Made by a program: the position numbers and the translations under genes
Shown here: positions 1-10,106 of the stretch, in pieces
Position numbering within the stretch: the stretch's first letter is position 1
Layout of the letters: every line of letters begins with the position of its first letter
The notes under the pieces: generated by a model
Database searches by the model: none
The model's input: only the letters and a program-made list of their open reading frames with translations
What the model was told of the DNA's origin: nothing
Assembly: GCA_002793355.1 (NCBI GenBank)
Contig: PFQB01000098.1
Span: 1 to 32,142 of the forward strand
Direction: 5' to 3'
From: Candidatus Dojkabacteria bacterium CG_4_10_14_0_2_um_filter_Dojkabacteria_WS6_41_15
GTDB lineage: Bacteria; Patescibacteriota; Dojkabacteria; GCA-002793355
Length of the DNA stretch: 32,142 bases

Positions 1-65
1 CTTATCTCTTTGGAAATACGTTTCATCATACAATTTTACCAAATATATTACGTCAGTTTTTCTAG

Positions 66-1637
66 AAAACTGTTCTAGTATATCGGGTACCTGTCAGTAC
101 TGATAAAGAAAGTGGCAACGAATCCCTTGCCATTACAGAAGGATTAGGCGAGAATCAAAACAACTCTGCTACACGAGAGATTATTATTGGCGTTGAATAT
201 GTGATGCCTGGGATGGCGAAAAAGCTTTCTGATTTAGGTATTTAGGCTGCCAAGCAATTTCCTGACAGTATTCGCTGGGACAACATGCAGTCTTCAGCAA
301 AAAGTAAAATCAACTTTTCTAAAACTGATCGTTATGTGGAAGAATTCCAAAATGCCGGGTTTAAAACACTCGTACTAGCCTTACGCTCCAGAAGTTTGTG
401 GGCAAGTAAGGATTTCTTATTGGATCACTCACCGAAATTGGAGTATCTTGATGATTATGGAAATTGGATTCAGGTTGTCGTGGAGAGGTACGACAAAGAC
501 GGAATGAATGACATGCCAGGGCTAAAATACCCTGTTATTTATTATGAAATTGGTACAGAATTTTCTAGTTATGAACCGGAATCTACCCAAAATTACCTAG
601 AAATGCTGGCAACCGCATATAAAGTTGCTCATACTGCATATAGTGATGTCAAAATTCTTCATGCTGCATTTCTAACCTCAAATGTATTTAAATCCTATTC
701 TACAGAATTAGCATATTCTAACCTCAATGAGATTGAAAAACATTTTAAAGAAAACGAAGCATTATTAAAGAAACATGCCAAGCCATTAGCTGAAAACAGA
801 AAGGTATTAGACAGGTCCGATATTTTTGATGTGGTTAATTTTCACTCTTTGGGGAATCCAGAAGAAATTGAAGGTAATGTGCGATGGTTAGAGTTAGAAA
901 TGAAAAAAAGAGGAATTTCTAAACCTATTATTATTAGTGATACTGGAATTTCACCGTTTGTGGGTCTTGGTCCTGCGACTTCATGCAAGGGCAAGCAGGT
1001 TGCTATTTTATTTCCTCCAGCAAATAATAATGATCGTTGCAGATTAGCTGAATACTTTAAGAAATTGATTAATAAGGATTCGGACTCTTTAGAATGGGTC
1101 AGAGGATTTGCCGGAATAGACGTTGTGAAAAGGGTTGTTATAGCGGCAGATCAAGGAGTAACCTTAATTGATACAGTTTGGGCTGAAGAACTTCCTTTAG
1201 CTCAAGCAGCTTTATTCCAGGCGGCCTCAGGAAACAATGGCTGGGGTGGTATGACTAAGACAAATATCAATGTTTTTACCGAACAAAGAACTATTGTTGA
1301 AATATACCCATCATTTTATGCTTTAAAACAGCTGCAAGCATTTATCAAGGGATATACGCAAATAAGCAGAATCCAGACGCGAGATACTAATGTTCGAATT
1401 TATGAGCTGATAATTAACAAGAAAAAGAAATGGATTGCATGGTATGAGTCGGGAAAATTGTTGTTACCCGAAGACAAATCCTCAACAGTGCAATTTCAGT
1501 TTACTGTTGATTCTGATAAAACTGTTGAAAATGTTATAACAAAACAGAATCAAACCAATGCTCGGAAGCAGAAGATAAAAGTCGCGGGAGGTAAGGTCTC
1601 CATAACCCTTACTGACAATCCTTTATATATTTATTAA
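66..1637 (+). pseudogene. Clan GH-A-like TIM-barrel glycoside hydrolase-like gene interrupted by an in-frame TAG at 243-245 (ORF track starts at 285)
   Basis: The frame is open from 66 to 242 (...REIIIGVEYVMPGMAKKLSDLGI*AAKQFPDSIRWDNMQSS...). GH-A-like strand motifs are YYEIGTEF, DVVNFHS and KPIIISDTG, with Asp at the usual nucleophile Glu position. True start uncertain. Confidence 0.55.
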
Positions 1638-1722
1638 GTTCTGCGTTTGAATATAGCGATACACATATGTCTTAGTAGAATTGGTGTAGAATATAACACT
1701 TAATTATTATTCACCTAGAAAT

Positions 1723-2235
1723 ATGAAAAGTACTTCAATCCAACCGTTCTTGTTGCCAGCAGCAATCGTTATTTCTGCCCTAGTGTTAGGTTGGGCTATT
1801 TACTCGAATTCTATGCAAAAGGCTATTCCGCAAGGAGGCACGCCTATACCAACAGCTTCCGCTACTCCGATTCCGACGACCCCTGTGATAACGGCGACCG
1901 TAAAGGTTACACTAGCGCCTACAACTGTAGCTCCAACACCTACAATTTCTGATTCAGTCCTTCTTAAGGCTGCTGTTTTGGCAAAGAGCGGTATTCCAGC
2001 AAACAAATTTGAGTTCTCTATTGGAAAGAATCTTGGTACCATGGCAAGTGGCTCGGTTCGTAACACAGATGACATGGGTGGAGCTGCTTGGTTTGCAGGA
2101 AAGAAAAACGGTACATGGAAGGTTTCTTATATTGGACAGGGAGTTCCTACATGTGCGGAAATTGCCGATTTTCCTTACCCGACAACCTGGTTGTCACACT
2201 GTCTGAATGCGAGCGGGGATACGATTGCGAGGTAG
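1723..2235 (+). CDS. Membrane-anchored surface protein (N-terminal TM helix, Pro/Thr-rich linker, small C-terminal domain with two Cys)
   Basis: Hydrophobic FLLPAAIVISALVLGWAIY, TPIPTASATPIPTTP linker, Cys pair near the C-terminus. Confidence 0.75.
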   Translation: MKSTSIQPFLLPAAIVISALVLGWAIYSNSMQKAIPQGGTPIPTASATPIPTTPVITATVKVTLAPTTVAPTPTISDSVLLKAAVLAKSGIPANKFEFSIGKNLGTMASGSVRNTDDMGGAAWFAGKKNGTWKVSYIGQGVPTCAEIADFPYPTTWLSHCLNASGDTIAR

Positions 2236-2236
2236 C

Positions 2237-2683
2237 ATGAGCAAAAGCGACGGTAAGAGAATTATTGTTGGGGTTAATGCCCTTATCATTGATGGAGCGA
2301 CACACAGGTTGTTTTGCATTAAGAGAGCCGATACTGACAGCTTTTTTCCTGGAATGTACGCATTGCCGGGTGGTGGAATAAACAAAGGTGAGCAAATATC
2401 AGAAGCGATAAAAAGAGAATTTCTTGAAGAGACAGGTTATTTGTTTGAACATCCTACAGACGTGAAATTAGAAGCAACGGTGGATCTCGGCAAAATCGTT
2501 TTGCAAGTCTTGGTGGTGGAAGGAACGTTAGGGGATAAAGTAACTGATAAAGTTGACTCCGACATTGCCGAAGTAGGATGGGTAAGTTTTGACCTATTCT
2601 TCCGCTCATTGAGAGAACATCACTACCCAGAATCAGAAATACAGAAGTTTCGCCTATACCTACGCAACAAACTTCAGAAGTAG
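2237..2683 (+). CDS. NUDIX hydrolase
   Basis: Nudix box GGGINKGEQISEAIKREFLEETG. The ATG at 2237, just after the upstream stop, is preferred over 2207. Confidence 0.9.
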   Translation: MSKSDGKRIIVGVNALIIDGATHRLFCIKRADTDSFFPGMYALPGGGINKGEQISEAIKREFLEETGYLFEHPTDVKLEATVDLGKIVLQVLVVEGTLGDKVTDKVDSDIAEVGWVSFDLFFRSLREHHYPESEIQKFRLYLRNKLQK

Positions 2684-2713
2684 CATTCACTTTTCGCGTG
2701 CAATACTTGCAGC

Positions 2714-3853
2714 ATGAAAACATTTGCTGCGATTGCCACCTATCTAATCAGTAAACGACTTACGTCAAGTCAGTCGATGGCAAAATGGTTTGTCACTTTA
2801 CTTGGACAGTTTGGGGCAACGGGAAAAGCCGCATTTTATCAGGGTGAATTTCATGAAGCGATACGACAACTGTATGATAGCGATATTTTAAATAGCGAGC
2901 TTGCGTCGCATTTGTTGCAAATCACGCTGTGGTTGGACGAAGCACTAAGTTTTGTCGAAGAGTTGGAAGATAGTGGTGTCAAAATTTTGTTGCCTGGCGA
3001 TTTCGGCTTTCCTGCAGAGTTTGCCGAAATCGCCGACAAACCAGCAATATTATATTGCCGCGGTAACCTCGAACTGCTTGTTGCCAAAGAAAAAATCACC
3101 TTGGTTGGTACTAGAAATCCGTCTTTATGGGGACAATTGAAAGCAAAACAATTCGCTTTTGAGGCTGCAAACTGCAATATTGTTACTGTTTCCGGGTTGG
3201 CGCAAGGTGTTGATTCTTTGGTATTTGAAGAAACCTTGCGCGCAAAAGGAAAAACAATTGCAATACTTCCGCAACTACCTAAAAATGCAAGTGTTGAGGT
3301 TTCTGCCAATTCTTTACTTGTATCTGAGTATCCTCCTAGCGATGTAGAAATCTCGAAGTGGCAGTTCATCGCGCGAAATCGTTTACTTGCAGCCCTATCT
3401 CCAGCAACAGTAATTATTGAGGCTCCGTTGCGAAGCGGAGCGCTAATAACGGCAGATTTGGCAATCTCCTATGGCCGTTCCGTATATGTTGCAATACCCG
3501 ATCCCAATGAAGAAGTATCGTACGGAGGGCTTACTTTTGGAATTCAACAAGCACTAGGAGCCTTTATTCAAAGCCTGTACGACTTGCTTTACCTTGAAGA
3601 CCGAGGAGAGTTGCTGGAGACCTATAAGCTATTTATAGAACGTCTATCACAAGGAAAAATTGCCATCAAACCAAAGGACCATCGGCATCTGTCACAGGCA
3701 GACCTAAAGAGATACATATATGCGTCATCTAAAGGCGATTTATCCTGTTTCGAGTCTTTCGTGGTAGAATTACACCGATTTGGTATTATTAGAGAACGAA
3801 AAAACAAAATGGTAATTAATTTCTCGGGATATAATTCATGGCCAAAAACTTAG
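2714..3853 (+). CDS. dprA: DNA processing protein DprA/Smf
   Basis: Motifs VGTRNPS, VSGLAQGVD, LLVSEYPP, FIARNRLLAALS and IIEAPLRSGALITA; conserved adjacency to topA. Confidence 0.95.
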   Translation: MKTFAAIATYLISKRLTSSQSMAKWFVTLLGQFGATGKAAFYQGEFHEAIRQLYDSDILNSELASHLLQITLWLDEALSFVEELEDSGVKILLPGDFGFPAEFAEIADKPAILYCRGNLELLVAKEKITLVGTRNPSLWGQLKAKQFAFEAANCNIVTVSGLAQGVDSLVFEETLRAKGKTIAILPQLPKNASVEVSANSLLVSEYPPSDVEISKWQFIARNRLLAALSPATVIIEAPLRSGALITADLAISYGRSVYVAIPDPNEEVSYGGLTFGIQQALGAFIQSLYDLLYLEDRGELLETYKLFIERLSQGKIAIKPKDHRHLSQADLKRYIYASSKGDLSCFESFVVELHRFGIIRERKNKMVINFSGYNSWPKT

Positions 3854-6084
3854 TAATCGTAGAATCTCCGGCTAAAGCGAAGACAATTCAAGGCTATTTA
3901 GGGAAGGATTTTGCAGTAATTGCAACGGTTGGACATATTATTGATCTCCCAACCAGCAAACTTGGTGTAGATATAGAAAATGGATACGAAATGGTTTATA
4001 CGACCATAAAAGGGAAAGATAAGGTGATTGAGTCTATCAAGAAAGCCGTAAAAGCAACGTCAGGAACGGTATACTTAGCGCCTGACCCTGACCGTGAGGG
4101 AGAGGCTATCGCATGGCAAGTTGCGCAGATTTGTAAATTCCCAGCGAAGAGCGAGAAAGCACGTCGCGCCGTTTTCCACGAAATTACCAAAGAAGCTATT
4201 GGTGCTGCCATTCAAAATACACGAGACGTAGATGCATCGTTAGTTGAGGCACAGCAAGCAAGGAGAATTTTGGATCGTTTGGTCGGTTATCCGCTATCCA
4301 TGTTGCTTTGGAAAAAAATTCAATTTGGGCTTTCGGCCGGACGTGTTCAATCTGCAGCCTTACGATTGATTGTTGAACGAGAAGATGAGATTAAAGCGTT
4401 TGTTCCAACTCCATATATGACCTTTACCTCGAAATATAAAGGAACTGATGTTGTATTTACGTTAGTCGATGCGAAAGGAAGTATGGTCAAGGCAGTACCC
4501 GAGCAAGGAAATGAACTTAAGAAGCTCCTCGATTTGCAGGGAAAGCATGAGGTAATTGAGCACAAAACGAAAACGGTTACATCATCACCGCCACCACCTT
4601 TAGTGACTTCAACTATGCAGCAGGCAGCAAATCAAACCTATGGATTTACCGCCAAGATGACGATGAAATTTGCCCAAGAATTATATCAAGGCGTAAATAT
4701 CAAAGAGAAAGGCGGACTTATCGGGTTGATATCCTATATGCGTACCGATTCGGTCAACATGAGCGAGCAAGCAATTGCGGCAATTCGGGATTTAATCGAG
4801 AAAAAATATGGTAAGGAATATCTACATGATACAGCGCGACGATATAAGACAAAGTCGGCGGTCGCGCAAGAAGCACACGAAGCCATTCGCCCAACACATG
4901 TTGAATTATTGCCTTCGATGGTTCGGGAATACCTTACGCCGCAGCAGTATAAACTGTATGCATTGATTTGGCGCAGAGCGGTTGCTACACAAATGAAACC
5001 TCAGATTTTAGAGGAAGAAAATGTAAAGACGGTTCCCGTGCAAAGCGAGGCAAGAACTTTTGTTGACAAAGAGAAATGGGCGTTTGAGACCGTAGCGCAA
5101 CGAGAAGTCTTTGCTGGGTATCGACTGCTTAAACATGCAGAAGAGAAGGAAATTAAGCCACTTCCTGTAGTTTCCAAAGGTGACCAACTGACTGTTTCGG
5201 AAATTAAGGCCGAGAATTTAATGACAACGCCAAGAAGTCGCTTCAACGATGCAACGTTGGTTAAAGAAATGGAAAAACTAGGTATCGGTAGACCTTCAAC
5301 GTATGCATCCATAATAGGCACATTGATTGCCAGAAATTATGCTCTTCGCGAGATGAAATTCTTAATTCCAACAGAGATTGGAATCTTGGTGTGTAATTTT
5401 TTGAAAAAACATTTTGTAAAAATAGTTGATTACGCTTTTACGGCGCAAATGGAGAAGGAATTGGATGAAATCGCTAATGCAACGTTAACAAAAAAGAAAA
5501 TGCTAGAAGCATTTTATCCTGATTTCGCAAAAGATATTGAAGAGAAGAACAAGTCCATTGTAAAAGAGGAGTTAACGTCACTAGGTGAAACAGACAAAGA
5601 ATGCAGAAAATGTGGTACAAAAATGCACTTGAAGATTGGTCCCTGGGGTCAGTATTATGTTTGCCCGAACGAAAAATGCAAGAATAAAGAGCCTTTTGTT
5701 GATATGACGAAATACTTTGTTCCCGAAGAAGTCGACAAAGGTGGATATATTCTCAAAAAAGGACGCTTTGGCGTTTTTTGGGCTCATCCTGACTACCCAG
5801 AAGTAAAGAAAACGCTTCCAATGCTTCTTAAGGAAGTCTGCCCAGATTGTGATGCTCACCTTGTAGAAAGAAAAGGAAAAACTGGACGTCCCTTTATTGG
5901 TTGCTCAGCGTATCCGAACTGTAAGTATATTAAAAGCAGATTCTTTAAAAAGGGAGATGCTGCAAAATCCGGCGAAGCAAGTACAGCCAAGAGTCCTGCA
6001 GAAACAACGTCGATAAAAAAGGTAGTTAGCAAAAAAGTCATAAAAAAGAGTGCCTCAAAAGCTAAGACCAAGAGAACAAAGTAA
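3838..6084 (+). CDS. topA: DNA topoisomerase I (type IA) with Zn-ribbon repeats and a Lys-rich tail
   Basis: LVIVESPAKAKTI, APDPDREGEAIAW, SAGRVQS, catalytic ISYMRTDS, GIGRPSTYA; Zn ribbons CRKC/CPNEKC and CPDC/CSAYPNC. Confidence 0.98.
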   Translation: MAKNLVIVESPAKAKTIQGYLGKDFAVIATVGHIIDLPTSKLGVDIENGYEMVYTTIKGKDKVIESIKKAVKATSGTVYLAPDPDREGEAIAWQVAQICKFPAKSEKARRAVFHEITKEAIGAAIQNTRDVDASLVEAQQARRILDRLVGYPLSMLLWKKIQFGLSAGRVQSAALRLIVEREDEIKAFVPTPYMTFTSKYKGTDVVFTLVDAKGSMVKAVPEQGNELKKLLDLQGKHEVIEHKTKTVTSSPPPPLVTSTMQQAANQTYGFTAKMTMKFAQELYQGVNIKEKGGLIGLISYMRTDSVNMSEQAIAAIRDLIEKKYGKEYLHDTARRYKTKSAVAQEAHEAIRPTHVELLPSMVREYLTPQQYKLYALIWRRAVATQMKPQILEEENVKTVPVQSEARTFVDKEKWAFETVAQREVFAGYRLLKHAEEKEIKPLPVVSKGDQLTVSEIKAENLMTTPRSRFNDATLVKEMEKLGIGRPSTYASIIGTLIARNYALREMKFLIPTEIGILVCNFLKKHFVKIVDYAFTAQMEKELDEIANATLTKKKMLEAFYPDFAKDIEEKNKSIVKEELTSLGETDKECRKCGTKMHLKIGPWGQYYVCPNEKCKNKEPFVDMTKYFVPEEVDKGGYILKKGRFGVFWAHPDYPEVKKTLPMLLKEVCPDCDAHLVERKGKTGRPFIGCSAYPNCKYIKSRFFKKGDAAKSGEASTAKSPAETTSIKKVVSKKVIKKSASKAKTKRTK

Positions 6085-6715
6085 CCGTTTTGGGTATTCA
6101 TCGCTGGATACCTGCGATTTATGGGCTCTGGTGCTTCGTATTGGTTCAGCACAGAAATCAGTATTTGAACTATCAAGAGAGTTGGCCCCTCTTGTCGAAA
6201 ACAGCATATCTTCGGCACAATCTACGAATGAATTTAGTTCGCTTGTAGATAAGCAAATTCGTCCAGGTTCGGTTCAGAAGCATGCAATATTGGGAATGTA
6301 TGAGCTTTTACTACGGCAAAAAACGGAGAATATCCCAAGTCTCCGCTACACAACACCGGCTGCTTTAGTGGAATTGTTTCGGCATCTTCGAACAAAACAG
6401 CAAGAGTACGTTTATGGAGTATATCTCTCTCCTCGGTTGCAAATTGTTCATACGGAACTTCTAACGAAAGGAACAACGGATTCGGTGTTAATAGACGCTC
6501 GCGATGTGCTATATTTTGGCATCAAATTTCGCTCACGACAATTTGTTCTCATTCATAATCATCCATCAGGTGATCCAAAGCCGAGTTCTGAAGATATTGA
6601 GCAGACAAAGCGGATTGTTAGTGCCGCAGAATTGTTAACGATGAAATTGATTGACCATATCATCATCGCAAAGGAGGGGTATTTTAGTTTTCATGAATTT
6701 ACGAGTGTGCTATAA
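6050..6715 (+). CDS. radC: RadC-family JAB/MPN domain protein
   Basis: N-terminal PREQ...G, JAMM motif HNHPSGDPKPSSED, and LIDHIII. Confidence 0.92.
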   Translation: MPQKLRPREQSNRFGYSSLDTCDLWALVLRIGSAQKSVFELSRELAPLVENSISSAQSTNEFSSLVDKQIRPGSVQKHAILGMYELLLRQKTENIPSLRYTTPAALVELFRHLRTKQQEYVYGVYLSPRLQIVHTELLTKGTTDSVLIDARDVLYFGIKFRSRQFVLIHNHPSGDPKPSSEDIEQTKRIVSAAELLTMKLIDHIIIAKEGYFSFHEFTSVL

Positions 6716-6806
6716 TCAACCACCTCGAAAGAGGAAAACATTTTAAAATAATTCAGGTTTCCGCACTCCTGCCAAATGGTCGGAAACTTAGGTAAAAGGA
6801 GACAAT
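6708..6806 (+). promoter_or_regulatory. Extended -10 promoter (TGcTATAAT 6708-6716) and structured rpsB leader
   Basis: Hairpin CCTC-GAAA-GAGG (6723-6734); stem AGGTTTCCG (6755-6763) / CGGAAACTT (6781-6789); loop CTCCT (6766-6770) complementary to SD AGGAG (6797-6801). Confidence 0.7.
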
Positions 6807-7844
6807 ATGGACCAAGAAAAAGCAAACATTTCATTTCCTTCAACAGACGATCTGTTGAAAGCAGGCGCCCAATTTGGACACTCTGCACAACGCTGGCACC
6901 CAGCATTTCAGCCCTTCATTTACAAAGAAACCAAGGGTATTCATATAATCGATGTACGAAAAACTGTACCTGCGTTAAAAACTGCAGTTGAATTTCTTGT
7001 TGCTTCCGTTCAAAAAGAAGCACGAGTATTAATTGTTGGTACGAAAAAACAAGCTGCACCTATTGTATTGGAAATGGGCGAAAAATTTGGAGTTTACTAT
7101 GTAAATGACAAGTGGCCCTCAGGCTTGCTCACAAACTTTAAAACTGTTTCTCAGTCAATTCAAAAATTGCAAAGATTACAAGAACTTCATATCAAAAAGC
7201 GCTATGTGCTTCCAAAAATGGAGTTGCTTGCTATGCAACGAGAAATCGAGAAATTGAAAAAGCGCTTTAACGGCGTTATGTTCATGGATCGACCTCCACA
7301 GGTAATGATTATTATTGATACCAAGTTTGAAAAAATCTCTGTAAAGGAAGCCCGTGCCTTAGATATTCCGATCGTTGGTGTTGTAGACTCGAACTGTGAC
7401 CCAAGACTTATCACGTATCCTATTCCTTCAAACGATGATGCAATCAAGGCAATTCGTTTACTCTTTGGCGTTTTCAGTGAAGTTCTCAGCAAATATAGCA
7501 CTAAGCGCTTGGTTCCTATGCGCGAACAATTTGCTCGACGCTTAGTCGAACTTGAAAAATCTGTAGAAGAAGAGCACCGAATTAAGCTAGCCAGCGAAGC
7601 ACCTCAAGCGGCCTACGAACCAGTGGTTACTCCTCGAGAAGAATCAAAGACAGGTCGAACTGTTCGTGTTACCTCCTTCCGCGCTGTTGCTGATCTTAAA
7701 CTCCCCGCGTCAGTAATCGAGAAACTTACTCAAGCAGGAATTACTTCGGTCGAGCAATTGAAAGAGAAAACTCTCGACGAGCTTAAAGGAATTAAGGGAA
7801 TTGGCGCAAAGACGGCTGAGAAAATAAGCTCATTGGTCAAATAA
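6807..7844 (+). CDS. rpsB: 30S ribosomal protein uS2 with a C-terminal HhH/alpha-CTD-like extension
   Basis: LLKAGAQFGH...WHP, GIHIID, VGTKKQA, WPSGLLTNF, DSNCDP, PIPSNDDAIKAI; tail IKGIGAKTAEKI. Confidence 0.98.
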   Translation: MDQEKANISFPSTDDLLKAGAQFGHSAQRWHPAFQPFIYKETKGIHIIDVRKTVPALKTAVEFLVASVQKEARVLIVGTKKQAAPIVLEMGEKFGVYYVNDKWPSGLLTNFKTVSQSIQKLQRLQELHIKKRYVLPKMELLAMQREIEKLKKRFNGVMFMDRPPQVMIIIDTKFEKISVKEARALDIPIVGVVDSNCDPRLITYPIPSNDDAIKAIRLLFGVFSEVLSKYSTKRLVPMREQFARRLVELEKSVEEEHRIKLASEAPQAAYEPVVTPREESKTGRTVRVTSFRAVADLKLPASVIEKLTQAGITSVEQLKEKTLDELKGIKGIGAKTAEKISSLVK

Positions 7845-7845
7845 T

Positions 7846-8430
7846 ATGGCAAAAAACGATATTCTTCTAAAACTCCGTCAAGAGACGAAAGCAAGTTTTG
7901 GTCTTTGTAAGGAAGCCGCAGAAAAGTTCCCAGATAATTACGAAGAGGCAAAAAAGCTCATTATCGAACTCATTAAAGAAAAGGCAGGCAAGCGCGAAGG
8001 CCGAGTAACCCAAAACGGAATCATTCATGCCTACGTTCACGGTAACGCTACACTCGCGTCTATGGTAGAAATACTTTGCGAAACTGACTTTGTTGCTCGA
8101 AATGAAGAGTTATTGGCTTTTGCCCACGAAGTTGCCTTGCAAATTGTTGCAACCAATCCCCTATTTGTTTCTTCAGATTCGATAAAGCCAGAAGTTGTGG
8201 AAGAGATGAAAACACAATGGAAGGCAGAATTACTGGAAGAAAAGAAACCAGAAGCTGCAATCGAGAAAATCATGGAAGGAAAGCTAAAGAAATATCTAGC
8301 AGAAAATACCCTTCTTGATCAACCATATTTTAAAGATGAAAGCAAAACTATCCGTGATCTTCTAGAAGAAGTGACCGGAAAGTTAGGAGAAAACATTAAA
8401 ATATCACGCTTCGAAAGATGGCAGATCTAG
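7846..8430 (+). CDS. tsf: Elongation factor Ts (short form)
   Basis: LRQETKAS..LCKEA, EILCETDFVARNE, GKLGENIKISRFER; follows rpsB. Confidence 0.97.
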   Translation: MAKNDILLKLRQETKASFGLCKEAAEKFPDNYEEAKKLIIELIKEKAGKREGRVTQNGIIHAYVHGNATLASMVEILCETDFVARNEELLAFAHEVALQIVATNPLFVSSDSIKPEVVEEMKTQWKAELLEEKKPEAAIEKIMEGKLKKYLAENTLLDQPYFKDESKTIRDLLEEVTGKLGENIKISRFERWQI

Positions 8431-8981
8431 CCCAGATTTGGTCGGATTTAGATACAGATATGCAGATTGCGGTAGAATCCTTTAAGGAGGAAGCCCAAAA
8501 AATGCGCGCAGGCAGTGTGAACATTGATGCGTTAAAGAATATTCAGGTTTCTGCGTATGGAAGTGCAATGCAGTTGTATCAAATGGCGTCGATTAGTACG
8601 CCAAGTGCTGCCACTGCGGTAATTACCCCGTGGGACAAAGGAAATGTTCAGCCAATAGCTGATGCAATTCAAGCAGAAATGAAAGGTGAAGTAACGCCTT
8701 CTGTAAAAGATTCCTCAATCTATCTTAATTTTCCCCCATTAACGCAAGAGAAAAAGGAAGAGTATACGAAAATTCTCAAAGATAGGTCGGAAAATTTTCG
8801 CCAAGGTTTGCGTGATATTAGGCAAACTGCCAAATCAAAGTTCGAAGAATTAAAGAAAGAGGGCGAGTTGCCAGAAGATGCATTGTTTAAAGCCTTAGAG
8901 GATCTTGACGAAACCACTAAGAAGTTTACTGAACAAATCAACGATATTTACGAGAAAAAACGAGAACTATTGATTAAATAA
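8418..8981 (+). CDS. frr: Ribosome recycling factor
   Basis: MRAG, VSAYGS, ITPWDK, FPPLTQEKKEE, LRDIRQ; follows tsf. Confidence 0.93.
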   Translation: MADLAQIWSDLDTDMQIAVESFKEEAQKMRAGSVNIDALKNIQVSAYGSAMQLYQMASISTPSAATAVITPWDKGNVQPIADAIQAEMKGEVTPSVKDSSIYLNFPPLTQEKKEEYTKILKDRSENFRQGLRDIRQTAKSKFEELKKEGELPEDALFKALEDLDETTKKFTEQINDIYEKKRELLIK

Positions 8982-8986
8982 CCATC

Positions 8987-10093
8987 ATGTTGCTCAACAT
9001 ACTGCTCTCCCTTCTTGTCCTTAATATTATGGTTATTGCCCACGAATTAGGGCACTACATTCTTGCAAAGCGAAACAAAATTGGGGTTCACGAATTTGCA
9101 ATTGGTTTTGGACCAACACTTTTAAAGAAGAAATGGCACGACACTTTGTGGCTAATTAAAGCTTTTCCTTTGGGTGGGTATAACGGCTTAAAAGGCGAAA
9201 TGGATGCAGAAAAGGGAAGCGGAAATTTTAGTACTGCGCCAAAGTGGGCGAAGCTACAAGTACTTTTGGCTGGTTCGTTTATGAACGTTTTAATGGCCGT
9301 AGTTGCTTTTTATCTTGCCCTAGCGTTATATGGTTGGAAAGTTCCTATTCCGTTGAATTTCAAACCAATTGGGGCAGTAATAACCACCATTGGAAAACCG
9401 TATCCTGTTGTGAATGCGGTAGTTGAAAATTCTCCAATGGGAAAGCTTGGCTTAACACTTCCTTTTCAGATAGTTTCGGTAAATCAAGTCGCAATGACCT
9501 CTCCTGCGGAAGTAGTCAATGCCATTTCGAATTCCTCAACGGATTCAATAGATATGGAAATCATAACAAAAGATGGTAGCAATCAGATTTTTGTAATTCG
9601 CGACGAAAATAAAAAAGTTGGTATTCAGATTGGGGCTGCCCCAATTCAGTTAGATTACGGTTCAACGTTGGTAAATAAGACCTTTTCTGGCTTTTCACAT
9701 TCGGCAAATATGACCGTATTGACTGGAAGGATGCTCGGAATGATGATTGCTTTCACTGCGAAGACGGGTGATTACGAACCATTGGGCTATGCCTTTGCTG
9801 GCCCCGTTGCAATTGTTGCAGCAGTAGGTTCAGTTGTAACAGACTCCAAAACGGTAGTAGCAGATCTTGCTAATATGACGGGCTTAATTGGTATTAGCTT
9901 GGCCTTGTTCAACATGTTGCCCTTTCCAGGTCTTGATGGCTGGCACATTTTCTTGCTTTTTTATGAAAAAGCAAGAGGTCGAAAACCAAACGAGAGGATT
10001 GTGGGCATTGTTACGGCTATCGGATTATTCTTTCTCTTGGGATTGGGTGCATTGATTATGTTGAAGGATGTTTGGATGTTTTTTCTAAGATAA
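8987..10093 (+). CDS. rseP: RIP metalloprotease RseP (M50 site-2 protease)
   Basis: HELGH, FAIGFGP, FPLGGY, LAGSFMN, FNMLPFPGLDG, central PDZ-like region. Confidence 0.95.
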   Translation: MLLNILLSLLVLNIMVIAHELGHYILAKRNKIGVHEFAIGFGPTLLKKKWHDTLWLIKAFPLGGYNGLKGEMDAEKGSGNFSTAPKWAKLQVLLAGSFMNVLMAVVAFYLALALYGWKVPIPLNFKPIGAVITTIGKPYPVVNAVVENSPMGKLGLTLPFQIVSVNQVAMTSPAEVVNAISNSSTDSIDMEIITKDGSNQIFVIRDENKKVGIQIGAAPIQLDYGSTLVNKTFSGFSHSANMTVLTGRMLGMMIAFTAKTGDYEPLGYAFAGPVAIVAAVGSVVTDSKTVVADLANMTGLIGISLALFNMLPFPGLDGWHIFLLFYEKARGRKPNERIVGIVTAIGLFFLLGLGALIMLKDVWMFFLR

Positions 10094-10106
10094 AACTGTA
10101 TTAATT

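Noticed and set aside
54..72. Near-palindrome CAGTTTTTCTAGAAAACTG
   Set aside because: Single occurrence at the window edge with no context to assign a role.
63..245. Stop-codon reassignment suggested by two in-frame TAGs
   Set aside because: TAG, TGA and TAA all end genes at expected positions, and long conserved genes have no internal stops.
6050..6715. radC as a marker of a mobile element
   Set aside because: It is a full-length chromosomal-type gene overlapping topA within a housekeeping run, with no mobility genes nearby.
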